Shown one piece after another: positions 18,326 through 28,900 of a stretch of DNA of 57,039 nt (position 1 is the first letter of the stretch; each line of letters starts with the position of its first letter). The position numbers and the translations under genes are program-made. Under the pieces are notes generated by a model that saw nothing but the letters and a program-made list of their open reading frames with translations, ran no database searches and was not told the DNA's origin. This DNA comes from Planctomycetota bacterium (GTDB lineage: Bacteria; Planctomycetota; UBA11346): the NCBI GenBank assembly GCA_038231435.1, contig JBBRLJ010000033.1:1-57039 (forward strand). The letters run 5' to 3'.

Positions 18326-18982
18326 TCACCCGCCGGATCGGCGCTGGCGCTCCAGCCGGCGCCATTCGGCGATGCGGGCATGGTCCCCCGAGAGCAATTC
18401 CTCGGGCACCGTCAGGCCACGGAATTCGCGCGGGGCCGCGTAGCAGGGATGATCGAGCTCGCCCGCGGCCGAAAAGCTCTCCGATACCGCGCTGTGCTCG
18501 TTACCGAGCGCGCCGGGACGCAGGCGCGTGACCGCGTCGGCGAGCACCAGGGCCGCGAGTTCGCCGCCAGTGATCACCAGGTCACCGATCGAGAACAGCT
18601 CTGGCTTGTAGAGCTCGACGACGCGTTCGTCGATGCCTTCGTAGTGGCCGCACAGCACGATCAGGTGCCGTTCCTGCGCCAGCTCGCGCACCCAGCCCTG
18701 ATCCAGGCGGCGTCCCTGTGGGCTGGTCATCAGTAGGCGGGGCCGCGGGCTGGTGGACAGCAGGAAGTCGATGCAGGCGGAGATCGGCGGGGCCAGCAGC
18801 ACCATTCCTGGACCGCCTCCGAACGGACGGTCGTCCACCTGGCGATGGCGACCCCCCGCCCAGGCGCGCGGATCCACGGTGGAGATCTCGACCAGCCCGC
18901 GTCGACGCGCCCGCCCGACGATGCTGGTGTCGAGGTAGCTCGCGCACGCTTCCGGATGGACAGTGATGATGTCGATCTTCAT
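18326..18982 (-). CDS. trmD: tRNA (guanine37-N1)-methyltransferase
   Basis: 'VDDRPFGGGPGMVL', 'SPQG', 'CGHYEGIDERV', 'SIGDLVITGGE', 'LLSGDHA.I..WR'. Confidence 0.97.
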   Translation of the reverse strand: MKIDIITVHPEACASYLDTSIVGRARRRGLVEISTVDPRAWAGGRHRQVDDRPFGGGPGMVLLAPPISACIDFLLSTSPRPRLLMTSPQGRRLDQGWVRELAQERHLIVLCGHYEGIDERVVELYKPELFSIGDLVITGGELAALVLADAVTRLRPGALGNEHSAVSESFSAAGELDHPCYAAPREFRGLTVPEELLSGDHARIAEWRRLERQRRSGG

Positions 18983-19040
18983 GTGCGTGTGGTGCGTGGT
19001 GCGTGGGTGGTGACTTCCACCACCCACTGAACGCCAAACA

Positions 19041-19355
19041 CTATTCCAAATGGAAGACTTCGGAGAGGTCGCGGGAAATTGGGCTGTTGTCAGCGTTGGA
19101 AGGCATCACGTCGCGCATGTGCTTCCACCACTTCTGGCACTGGGCGGTAGCGGCGATCGCGCGCCAGCGCTCCTCGCTTTCGATCTCGGCGTAGGCGAAG
19201 AGCTGGTGGGTCTCAGGGTGCAGGAAGATGGAGTAGTTGTGCACACCATGCGCACGCAACAGTTCGAGCATCTCGGGCCACACCGGACTGTGGCGCCGCT
19301 CGTACTCGGCGTGGCAGTCGGGATTCACACCCATGACAAAGGCTTTGCGGATCAT
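19041..19355 (-). CDS. rhaM: L-rhamnose mutarotase
   Basis: 'MIRKAFVM...EYERRH..VWPE', 'NYSIFL', 'CQKWW.HM', 'EVFHLE'. Confidence 0.95.
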   Translation of the reverse strand: MIRKAFVMGVNPDCHAEYERRHSPVWPEMLELLRAHGVHNYSIFLHPETHQLFAYAEIESEERWRAIAATAQCQKWWKHMRDVMPSNADNSPISRDLSEVFHLE

Positions 19356-19365
19356 TTTTTTTTCG

Positions 19366-19405
19366 TGTGTGTGGTGTGCAGTGTGTGGTGTGCAGTGTGT
19401 GGTGT
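19366..19405. repeat. Heptamer-based tandem repeat (GTGTGTG-GTGTGCA)n
   Basis: Seen directly; a related GTGCGTG array lies at about 18983-19010. Confidence 0.8.
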
Positions 19406-19539
19406 TGGCGACATCCGTCGGCGCGTGACGCGCTGACGCAATATCCGTTATTGGACAGGAAGAAAAGTGATGACCGGAAGCCTCTCGCTGCGCATTCCCT
19501 CAACCACAGACCACCCGCCCCACACCACCCACGCGCGCG

Positions 19540-20031
19540 TCACCGCGCGCCCAACGCCCGCCGCCACCGCGCCACCCAGGTGCCTGCCACCGGCGTGATC
19601 TGATCCTCGACGAGATTCCCCCGCGCGCATTCGAAGCCCTGGCGCATCTCCTTGATCTGCCCGCGCGAACGGTTGAAGCGTGTCGCCAGATCGACGTCCT
19701 GGCCGCCGTCGAGGAACGCGTCGGCGAGGGTGCGCAGATCCTCGTCCTTCCATGCGCGCCCGGGCGCGCGCGACGCGCGCATCGGTCGCTCGGCCGAGGT
19801 CGGCTTGGGCAGCGCCTCGAGCGACTGCTCGGCGTCCTCGGCATCCTCGCTCGACGCCTCGTGCGTGATCACCGCGACATGATCGAGGTTCAGCAGCAGG
19901 TTCCCGCCCTCGGTCTCGAGCAGCACCCACCCCTCAACCGTCCGCCGCACCGCCCCTCGATACACCGGTCCCTGCGCCAGCTGCACCGCCACGCGACGTC
20001 CAGGCGGCAAGAACGGTCTGAGATCCGGCAT
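19540..20031 (-). CDS. Hypothetical protein: Sm/Hfq-like N-domain plus Myb-like HTH
   Basis: 'VAVQLAQGPVYRGAV...WVLL...LLLNLDHVAVI' resembles an Sm-fold pattern; 'GRAWKDEDLRTLADAF..G...DLATRFNRSRGQI' resembles a SANT/Myb-like HTH. Confidence 0.55.
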   Translation of the reverse strand: MPDLRPFLPPGRRVAVQLAQGPVYRGAVRRTVEGWVLLETEGGNLLLNLDHVAVITHEASSEDAEDAEQSLEALPKPTSAERPMRASRAPGRAWKDEDLRTLADAFLDGGQDVDLATRFNRSRGQIKEMRQGFECARGNLVEDQITPVAGTWVARWRRALGAR

Positions 20032-20147
20032 ACGCCAGCGAGCGTGGCGCCTCACCCGACTCTTTCCAGGACCAGCCCCCGCACGTGATTCATCCGTACG
20101 AAGTACCGGAACCCCCGCTCACCTGCCCCGTCTACCCATCCTTCCCC

Positions 20148-20204
20148 CTGCCTCCAGGGGGCAGCGCGGTCGCGCGTTGTTGGGGGGCCACAGCCCCCCC
20201 AACA
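20148..20204. repeat. REP-like hairpins
   Basis: GTTGGGGGGCCACAGCCCCCCCAAC resembles the GGGGGC-NNN-GCCCCC core of the terminal elements; adjacent CTGCCTCCAGGGGGCAG hairpin. Confidence 0.55.
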
Positions 20205-20437
20205 GAGAGTTGACATCACCGCACCGCCCCCCACGCTTTGCGCACGATTTCAGCAGAGTCTCCCGCCGTTCGGGAGCCTGCGCCCCCCGCCTGACTTTCC
20301 CGCCGTTCGCCGCATGCGCGGAGCTCAAGCATTGAGCTGGGAAAGCCTCGCGGTCCCCCTCCAGGAAGCTCCCGCCCCGCTCGTAGCGGACCCTTTGCGA
20401 ATTCGGACCCTGATCCGCCCCTAATTTTCGGATGTGA

Positions 20438-23137
20438 ATGCCGGCTGAAACCCTGGCCATCATCGATGGCCATTACTACGCGTACCGATTCTTCTTCGCG
20501 ATGCCGTTCCTCTCGGGACCGGGAGGGCGCCCCACCGGCGTCACCTTCGCGTTCGCGAACCTGTTCCTGAAGCTGCGCTCGAATCCGGCGATCTCGCACT
20601 GGGCCTTGGCCTTCGACCACTCGGACGCCACCTTCCGCGACGCCATCGCGGCCGACTACAAGGCCCACCGCGACCCCATGCCAGACGACCTGCGCCAGCA
20701 GATCGCCGATGTCGAGACGCTGTGCGCGGCGACGCGCGTGCCGCTGATCAAGGCGGCGGGTTATGAAGCCGACGACGTCCTCGCCACGCTGGCCAAGCAG
20801 GCCGCCAACACCGGGCTCGACGTGCGCATGTGCTCGCGCGACAAGGATGTCGACCAGGTCATCACCGACCGCATCTCGGTCTGGGACACCTTCGACGATC
20901 GCGTCATCGGTCCGCAGGAGCTGCTCGCCGACAAGGGCCTGACGCCCCAGCAGGTGATCGACTACCTGTGCATGGTCGGAGACAGCTCGGACAACATCGA
21001 GGGGATCAAGGGCGTTGGCGCGAAGACTGCGCTCAAGTTGCTCGGCGAATACCAGACGCTCGACAACGTCCTGGTCAATGTCGGCAAGCTCAAGGGCAAG
21101 CTGCGTGAGAACGTCGAGGCCTTCATCCCCAACCGCGAGAAGACCCGCGATCTGATCACCCTGCGCGACGTGCCGCAGATGCCCACGATCGAATCGCTGC
21201 GCATCGATCGCGACTATTCCGGTGACGAAGCGGTCTACGCCTCGTTCGGATTCAGCCGCGCGCGCTTCTTCCCGGCGATCGCCGCGCCGCAGGTCACCAA
21301 GACCCGCTTCCACATCGTCTCGCTGGCCTCGTTCGAGACCTGGCTCGCCGGCGTGCGCGCGCAGGAGAAGCCGCGGCTGGCCATCGGCATCGAATGCACC
21401 TCGGCGGATCCGCTCAGCGCGGAGATCGTCGGCATGTCCTTCGCCGCTGGCGCCATCCCCGGCAAGGATAAAGCCGAGGTGGATGGCGATGGAGCTGTCG
21501 ATGTGAATAGAGAGGCGGTCTACCTGCCCTTCCAGGGCATCGACCACCCGCTGGTCTCATGGGAGGCGGCCTTCCCGATCCTCGAGCGCCTGTTCGCCGA
21601 TCCGTCACTCGGCAAGATCGCCCACGACATGAAGCACCTGGTGCGCGTGCTCGAGCGCAACCGGCTGCGCATCGAGGGGATCGCGGGCGACACCATGCTT
21701 GCGAGCTGGCTGCTCGATCCGTCGCGCGAGAGCCACTCGCTGGATTTCCTCACCAAGGTCTTCCTCGGCGAGGAGAAGGCCCCCTCGACCAGCACGCTCA
21801 CCCCGCGCAACCATCCCACCCTGGCCCAGGTGGCCGTCGCCGCCACCGCCGAAATCGCCTGCGAGGATGCGCAGTGCGCGTGGCGCCTGACGCGCGTGCT
21901 CGAACCGCGGCTCGAGGAGAACCACCTGCTCGCGGTCTACCTCGGGCAGGAGCTGCCGCTCGCGCGCTGCCTCGCGCACATCGAAAGCGCCGGACTGGGC
22001 ACCGATCGCGCCACCCTGCTCGCCACCCAGCGGCACCTCGAAGCCTACCTCGAGCAGGTGATGGCCGCGATCCGCGGACACGCCGGGGCGAGCTTCAATC
22101 CGGCGAGCCCCAAGCAGATCGCCGAGCTCTTATTCGAGAAGCTCAAGCTGCCGGTGCTGCAGAAGACCAAGACCGGCCCCTCCACCGACGCGTCGGTTCT
22201 CGAGGCCCTGCGCCACCACCACGAGCTGCCCGACCTGCTGCTGCAGTACCGCGCGCTGTCGAAGCTCATCGGCACCTACCTCACGCGCCTACCGGACTAC
22301 ATCAACGCCAAGACCGGCCGCATCCACACCCGCTTCAGGCAGACCGGCACCGAGACCGGGCGCCTGAGCTCCGACCAGCCCAACCTCCAGAACATCCCGA
22401 AGAAGAGCGACCTCGGCCGCGAGATCCGCGGCGCGTTCATGCCCGGCCCGGGACGGGTGTTCATCGCCGCGGACTACAGCCAGATCGAACTGCGCGTGCT
22501 CGCCCACCTCTCTGGCGACGCCACCCTCAAGGCAGCCTTCGCCGGGGATGTGGACATCCACCGCTTCGTCGCCGCGCAGGTCAACGGCGTCGACGAGGCC
22601 TCGGTGACCCCGCAGCAGCGCAACGCCGCGAAGGCGATCAACTTCGGCATCATCTACGGCCAGAGCGCCTTCGGCCTCGGCCAATCGCTCGGCATCCCGC
22701 GCGGCGAGGCACAGCGCTTCATCGACGGCTACTTCGCGCGCTTCTCGAGCGTGCGCGCCTACATCGACGGCGTCATCGCGGCGGCAGCGGCCAGCGGCTG
22801 GGCAGAAACGATGGCCGGACGCCGCCGCTTCATCCCCCAGCTCGGCAGCTCCAACCGCAACGAGCGCATGCAGGGCGAGCGCATCGCCCTGAACAGCACC
22901 ATCCAGGGCAGCGCCGCCGACCTCATCAAGAGCGCGATGCTGCGCGCCGAACGCATGCTGCCCGCCGGTTCGATGCTGGTATTGCAGATCCATGACGAGC
23001 TCCTGGTCGAAGCCGAAGCCGCCATCGCCCCAACCGCGGCGGAAGCCCTGCGCGAAGCCATGATCGGCGCCTGGAAGCTCGATGTCGCCCTGGTCGCGCA
23101 GGCGCGTACCGGCAAGACTTGGCTGGAGGTCTCCTGA
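20438..23137 (+). CDS. polA: DNA polymerase I
   Basis: 5'-3' exonuclease 'EADDV', 'GDSSDNI.G'; polymerase 'TGRLSS..PNLQNIP', 'DYSQIELR', 'AKAINFGIIYG', 'QIHDEL'. Confidence 0.98.
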   Translation: MPAETLAIIDGHYYAYRFFFAMPFLSGPGGRPTGVTFAFANLFLKLRSNPAISHWALAFDHSDATFRDAIAADYKAHRDPMPDDLRQQIADVETLCAATRVPLIKAAGYEADDVLATLAKQAANTGLDVRMCSRDKDVDQVITDRISVWDTFDDRVIGPQELLADKGLTPQQVIDYLCMVGDSSDNIEGIKGVGAKTALKLLGEYQTLDNVLVNVGKLKGKLRENVEAFIPNREKTRDLITLRDVPQMPTIESLRIDRDYSGDEAVYASFGFSRARFFPAIAAPQVTKTRFHIVSLASFETWLAGVRAQEKPRLAIGIECTSADPLSAEIVGMSFAAGAIPGKDKAEVDGDGAVDVNREAVYLPFQGIDHPLVSWEAAFPILERLFADPSLGKIAHDMKHLVRVLERNRLRIEGIAGDTMLASWLLDPSRESHSLDFLTKVFLGEEKAPSTSTLTPRNHPTLAQVAVAATAEIACEDAQCAWRLTRVLEPRLEENHLLAVYLGQELPLARCLAHIESAGLGTDRATLLATQRHLEAYLEQVMAAIRGHAGASFNPASPKQIAELLFEKLKLPVLQKTKTGPSTDASVLEALRHHHELPDLLLQYRALSKLIGTYLTRLPDYINAKTGRIHTRFRQTGTETGRLSSDQPNLQNIPKKSDLGREIRGAFMPGPGRVFIAADYSQIELRVLAHLSGDATLKAAFAGDVDIHRFVAAQVNGVDEASVTPQQRNAAKAINFGIIYGQSAFGLGQSLGIPRGEAQRFIDGYFARFSSVRAYIDGVIAAAAASGWAETMAGRRRFIPQLGSSNRNERMQGERIALNSTIQGSAADLIKSAMLRAERMLPAGSMLVLQIHDELLVEAEAAIAPTAAEALREAMIGAWKLDVALVAQARTGKTWLEVS

Positions 23138-23433
23138 CCAACGAGCCCTCGCCAGCACCCGTGCAGCCACGCGGCGATTCCGCTTGGACCGCCGCGTTCG
23201 ACGCCGAACGTCAATGTCGCGCACGGTTTCCATCGCGGTTGCGGCATGATGCCGCCCGTGATCGAACGATTGGTCGATCGATCCGCGCGCACGCCCCCCG
23301 CCAGCCCGCATCCGCGTCCGCCCAGCCCACTCGCGGCGGCGATCGCATTCCCGAATCCAACCTCTGAACCCCATTCCCTGAACTTCCAAGCCCAGACTCA
23401 CCTGAACCGACTCCCCAGAACGACAAGCACACC

Positions 23434-25917
23434 ATGAATCCCAAAATGCAGCCTCTTCCCTCCGATAATGCCGATCCGCGCGGCTCGCACGCCGATGCGC
23501 CCACCGCCGCCGGCCGTGGTGGCCGCCACCGCCGCGGTCGCGGACGTCCGCCGAAGGAGCGCACCGGCTCCGCGCCTGCCACCGACGAGCCAGTCGATGA
23601 GGATGTCGACGGCGATGGTGGCGATTCCGATGGCGCCTCCTCCGCGGCACCCACCGCACCCCAATCGTCCGATGGCTCGCTCGTAGTGCCACCCGGCAAG
23701 AACGTGGTCATCGGCATCACCGGCGAACCCGGCGCCGGTAAGAGCGCGCTCGCCCGCCAGCTCGCCGGACTCGGCGCCTCGCTCATCGACGTCGACGAAC
23801 TCGGCCACGAGCTGATCGAGACCACGCCGGTGAAGCGCCGGCTGGTCGAGGAATTCGGCGACGACATCGTCAGCGATGAAGGCGAGATCGACCGCCGCAA
23901 GCTGGGCAAGAAGGCCTTCGCCAACGCCGCGAGCACTGCCAAACTCAACGAGATCGTCCACCCCAAGCTCGCCGCCAAGGTCAAGACCCTGGCCAAGAAG
24001 GCCGGCAACTTCGTCGTCATCGACGCGGGACTGCTCCATGAGCTCGGTCTCGGCGAGCTCTGCACCACCACCATCTACGTGCGCGCCTCTCGCGAGTCGC
24101 GCGTCGCCCGCGTTGCCGAACGCGGCTGGGACGAAGCCGAGCTCGCGCGCCGCGAAACCGCCATCGGCAACGCCGACGTGAGGCGCAAGGCCTGCCAGCT
24201 CGCGGTCGACAATTCCGGCGATCCGGCGCTCCTCGCCGGCTACGCCAAGACCATCCTCGCCCGCCAGCTCGGCATCGACCTGTCGGCCCTGCGCCGTCAG
24301 AAGGAATCGTCGAATCAGGATCGCGGCGCTGAAGACCAGGATGGTGACGAGGACGATGGCGGCGACATGGGCGGCGACAGCCAGCCCGCGCCGGTGCAGC
24401 GCAACGAGCCGCCGCGCGGCGACCAACGCCAGGGCTTCCAGCCGCAACAACGCGATCAGCGCGATCAGCGCGATCAGCGCGAAGGAAATCGCCCCGACCA
24501 GCGCGGCGACGGCCAGCGCGATGGCGACCGCCAGCGCTTCCAGGAGCGTGGCCCTCAGGGCCAACAGCAGGGCGGCCAGCAGGGCGGCGGCCAAGGCGGT
24601 GGACAGGGCTTCAACGATCCCAACCGTCCGGCGATCAAGATCATCCTCGACGACTACCTCAAGCGCATCCTGCCCGATCTCCAGGCCGAGGCGGACAAGC
24701 TCGAGGTCCGCGACGTCAAATGGCAGAAGAAGCACGATCTGATCTGCGAGATCCTGCGCCGCGTCGGCAGCGGTCGCGCAGACGAGATCGTGGTCGAGGG
24801 CTACCTCGAGATGGTCAAGGACCAGCACGCCTACATCCGCAGTCCGATCAACAACTACCTGCCGGTGAACACCGACACCTTCATCGCCCTGGCGCAGCTC
24901 CGCCGCTACGGCCTGAAGGAAGGCATGCACGTCACCGGTACCGCCCGCGTGCCGCGCGGCAACGAGCGCTGCCCACAGCTGCTCGCCATCCAGACCATCA
25001 TGGGTGAGCCGGAGAACAAGCGCACCGCGGTACAGGATTTCGAGCACCTGGTGCCTCTGCACGCACACGATCGCCTGTTCATGGAGCTGCCCAACGATCC
25101 GACCGATCTCAGCCTGCGCATCATCGACCTGGTGGCGCCAATCGGCAAAGGCCAGCGCGGACTGATCGTCGCCCAGCCCAAGTGCGGCAAGACCGTCTAC
25201 ATGCAGAAGATCGCCAAGGCGATCACCACCAACAATCCCGAAGTGGTGCTGATGGTGCTGCTGGTGGATGAGCGCCCAGAAGAAGTCACGGACATGCAGC
25301 GCTCGGTGAAGGGCGAGGTCATCGCCTCCACCTTCGACCAGCATGCTTCACGCCACGTCCAATGCGCCGAGATCGTCATCAACAAGGCCAAGCGCCTGGT
25401 CGAACGCGGCAAGGATGTCGTCATCCTGCTCGACTCGATCACCCGCCTGGCCCGTGCCTACAACACCATGGCGCCGAATTCAGGCCGCATCCTCTCGGGC
25501 GGCATCGACTCGAACGCGCTGATCAAGCCGAAGCAGTTCTTCGGCGCGGCGCGCAAGATCGAGAACGGCGGCTCGTTGACCATCCTCGCGACCGCGATCG
25601 TGGATACGGGCTCCTTGATGGACACGGTGATCTTCGAGGAGTTCAAGGGCACCGGCAACATGGAGCTGGTCCTCGACCGGCGCTTGGCGAATCGGCGGGT
25701 CTTCCCCGCGGTCGACTGCGCCCAGTCGGGCACGCGCAAGGACGAGCTGCTGATCAAGGATCCCGAGGAGCTCAAGCGCGTGTGGGCGCTGCGCAAGTTC
25801 CTGGCCGACCGCAATGGCCAGGACGCGGTGGAGTTCATGCGCTCGAAGCTCAAGAACTTCCGCACCAACGTCGAATTCCTGATGTCGATCGATCCAGAGA
25901 AGATGTCAGGCTGGTGA
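23434..25917 (+). CDS. rho: Dephospho-CoA kinase (CoaE)-transcription termination factor Rho fusion
   Basis: One open frame. CoaE part: 'IGITGEPGAGKS', 'IDVDELGH', 'IDRRKLG', 'IVHP', 'DAGLL' (~23698-24290). Q/G/R/D-rich linker. Rho part: 'PIGKGQR', 'QPKCGKT', 'DERPEEVTDM', 'LDSITRLARAYN', 'FEEFKGTGNME'. Confidence 0.93.
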   Translation: MNPKMQPLPSDNADPRGSHADAPTAAGRGGRHRRGRGRPPKERTGSAPATDEPVDEDVDGDGGDSDGASSAAPTAPQSSDGSLVVPPGKNVVIGITGEPGAGKSALARQLAGLGASLIDVDELGHELIETTPVKRRLVEEFGDDIVSDEGEIDRRKLGKKAFANAASTAKLNEIVHPKLAAKVKTLAKKAGNFVVIDAGLLHELGLGELCTTTIYVRASRESRVARVAERGWDEAELARRETAIGNADVRRKACQLAVDNSGDPALLAGYAKTILARQLGIDLSALRRQKESSNQDRGAEDQDGDEDDGGDMGGDSQPAPVQRNEPPRGDQRQGFQPQQRDQRDQRDQREGNRPDQRGDGQRDGDRQRFQERGPQGQQQGGQQGGGQGGGQGFNDPNRPAIKIILDDYLKRILPDLQAEADKLEVRDVKWQKKHDLICEILRRVGSGRADEIVVEGYLEMVKDQHAYIRSPINNYLPVNTDTFIALAQLRRYGLKEGMHVTGTARVPRGNERCPQLLAIQTIMGEPENKRTAVQDFEHLVPLHAHDRLFMELPNDPTDLSLRIIDLVAPIGKGQRGLIVAQPKCGKTVYMQKIAKAITTNNPEVVLMVLLVDERPEEVTDMQRSVKGEVIASTFDQHASRHVQCAEIVINKAKRLVERGKDVVILLDSITRLARAYNTMAPNSGRILSGGIDSNALIKPKQFFGAARKIENGGSLTILATAIVDTGSLMDTVIFEEFKGTGNMELVLDRRLANRRVFPAVDCAQSGTRKDELLIKDPEELKRVWALRKFLADRNGQDAVEFMRSKLKNFRTNVEFLMSIDPEKMSGW

Positions 25918-25935
25918 TCAGCCCGCTCCGCGGCG

Positions 25936-28900
25936 TCAGGGCACGAGCACAGGTGGATCCGATGGGATCCACCCTGCCGGATGCTCGGCGCTGTCGATCC
26001 GTGTGCGCATGAAGATCGCCTCGACTTCGCTTGGCCGCCGGTCGAAAGACGGCAGCGCGAGGTATTCGCGGTAGCAGTCGGCCGCTGCCGCGGCCTCTCC
26101 GGCGAATTCGTGGTGCAGGCCACGGCCGAAGAGCAGCTGAGCCCGCACCCTCAGCTGGGCCGGCTGGGCCATGAACGCCGGCTCATCGATGTCGCCAGCG
26201 ATGAATGCCGCCAGATGCCACAGGCGCTGGCCGTATACGTGCTTCAGCGAAGCGATGATGTGCGCGTACGCCACACGCGCGTCCACCCTCGCCCCGCCGA
26301 TGCGCTCGAGCAGCGCCGGCATGAGCCAACGTGCGAACATCTGATTGCCGTCCTCCATGTCGGGCTGTGCGCGCGCGAACCTGGCGAGCACGCGGGAGCA
26401 GCCGTCGGGGTCGCCCTTGCGGAAATAGGCCAATGCGATCGTGGCGCAGCATCCGGAATCGAAGGGCGCCGCACGCAGCGCGTCCTCGAATCGGCCAAGG
26501 CCGATCAGCGCGCGGGCGCGCGGGGACCCATGGGAATACTCGGCGAGCACCTGATCGTAGCGGCGCAGCCCGAGGAGCGCCCATGAGCGCTGAGTCGATC
26601 CGAAATCCGCCCTATTCGTTTCGACCGGATGGGCGTCCAGGAATTCCTGGAAATGTCCTGCTCTCAACGCGTCATCGTCGAGCAGCCAATGGCGCGGGTC
26701 TTCGGCACGGATCGCTGCATAATCCCCGATGTTGTCCAGCGCGTACAGGCGATCCTCGGTGGAGAAGCGTGCATCGTAGGCGATCTCCCTCGACTTGCCC
26801 ATCTCGCGCATGGCCTGGGCGACGATATGGAGGTCTAGCGGGAAGCGGGCGACGACCTCCTGGAAACGTCCCTGGTGGAACAGGGCATGCGCCAGGAATA
26901 CACTCTCGTGACCCGGGCACGTATCGAGGATGCGCTGGTATGCGCCCATGCGCTCGAGGACCGGATACGACTTGAGCATGAACGGATTCTTGTCGAGCGT
27001 CGATCCGTAGGCGTCCGCCCAGCCCTGCAATTCGTCCTGGTTGCGCCGGATGATCTCGACGATGTCGTCGGCATAGAGTGAATCGCCCAGCTCGCGGATG
27101 ATCCGGGGTTCGAGTGCGGGAAGCCGCTCCGCTCCCATCTCCATCAGGACCTGGCGAAGGATGGGATGTCCCGAGAACGCCTTCAGCTGCGCGCGCAGCT
27201 TGGCCGCCAATGTCGCATCGGAAACCTTCAGAGCATGCTCGAGCCGCTCGTACATGGCAAAGGGCGCCAACTCGTGCCGCGGATGCTCAAGCGCGAAGCG
27301 TTCGAGCAGGGCCATGCCGTCATCCGCCAGTCCGGCCTTGAGATCGGACACCGCGAGTCGGAAGAGCGCGATCGGAGCGAGATCGGTATCGGGATAGGCT
27401 TCGAGGATCTCGCGGTATTGCACCGCCGCCTCAGCGTAGTCCTTGAGCTGGTATAGCCGGTCGCCGACTTCCATGGGCGAGATCTTCTGCGCCAACGGCT
27501 GATGGCTCACGACCACGTTGTCGATATCGAGCTGATTCGTCCCGTAGGTGTCGAATCCGAAGGACTGGCCGATACCACCGCCGAAGTTCTCGGCATCGAT
27601 GTAATCGATGACGGTCTCGCCATCGACCGACAGGCGGACATGGCGGTCCTGGCGTTCCATCGCGAAACGGTACCAGCGATCGGGGGCCAACGGCTCGCGG
27701 CCGCTGACGAAGACCAGGTTCACGAGGTTGCGGAAATCGCCCTTGGTCAGCGCGCAGCTGCCCGCTTCGCCGAAACCCCCGATGTGAAAGGTGAATCCAC
27801 CATCGCGGTCGTCGCCGCCAATGAAGCAGTTCAGATCGCGGTTCCGGCCTACGCAGCGGTAGTCCCAGGCGACTCGGATGTTGCCGCGCAGGCGATGCCG
27901 CCAGGCCACATCGAGCAGTGTGCCATTGCTGAGCATTGTGAAGGTTCCGCCTCCAACTCGAAATAGCCCCCTGTCGGTGATCTCGATCGACTCGAATTGG
28001 GCGTCCAGTTTGCTCGCGGATTTCACCCGACCAGTCCAGCGATTCGAGAGTTCTCCGAGCGATGCGCTTTCGAAGTCCTCTCGCGCCACCTCTTGCCACC
28101 CAGATCTCTCCTTTCCCTTTTCCTGCCATACATACGCGCCGGCGCCAGCCAACGCGATGATCGACGCAGCGGCCGACCAGAACACTTTGCCGTTTCGGCG
28201 GTGCCAGCGCCGGAACCGGCGCCACGGTGAATCGCGGTGCACGCTGACCGCGAGACCTGCCTGGTAGTGCTCGAGATCGCGGCGCAGCGCGTCGACCGAG
28301 GCATATCGACCAGCGGGTGATGGAGCCAGCGCTTTGATCGAGATCTCCAGCAGTTCAGCCGGCAGCGCCCGCCTTTCCTGCTCATCCGGTAGCCGGATTC
28401 TCGCTCCGCGCTTCATCTCCCAGAACTTGTCCGGATCGTCGGACCAGGTCGGCAGGCGCAGGGTGAGCGCGTGGAAGAGGGTCGCGCCGATCCCGTACAC
28501 ATCGCTCGAACGGTCCGCGAACTCGTTGCGGGCCTGTTCCGGGCTCATGTACAGCGGCGTCCCGTAGATGCGCGCGGTGATCTTTCCCTGCGCGTCGACT
28601 CGCACCGCGCTCCCCCAATCCAAGACCAGTACCTCTCCGAAATCGCCGAGCATGATATTGTCGGGTTTGATATCCTGATGCACGATGCCCTGGTGATGCG
28701 CATACGAGACGGCGTTGCAGACGTCGATCATGATGCTGACGATGGCGTTGAACGATGGGAGTTTAGCATGCCGCCGCTCGGGCGTCGAAGCGGCGATTGC
28801 CGCGCCTAGGGAGACGCCGGCGATGCGGCTCATGCTGAAGTACGGCTGGCCCTCGTCGGTGACGTCCATCTCGTACACCGGCAACACGTTCGGGTGCTGC

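Noticed and set aside
19356..19364. Homopolymer run as a phase-variation switch for rhaM
   Set aside because: It lies outside the coding sequence, immediately 5' of the ATG, so it cannot shift the frame; more likely an A-rich translation enhancer.
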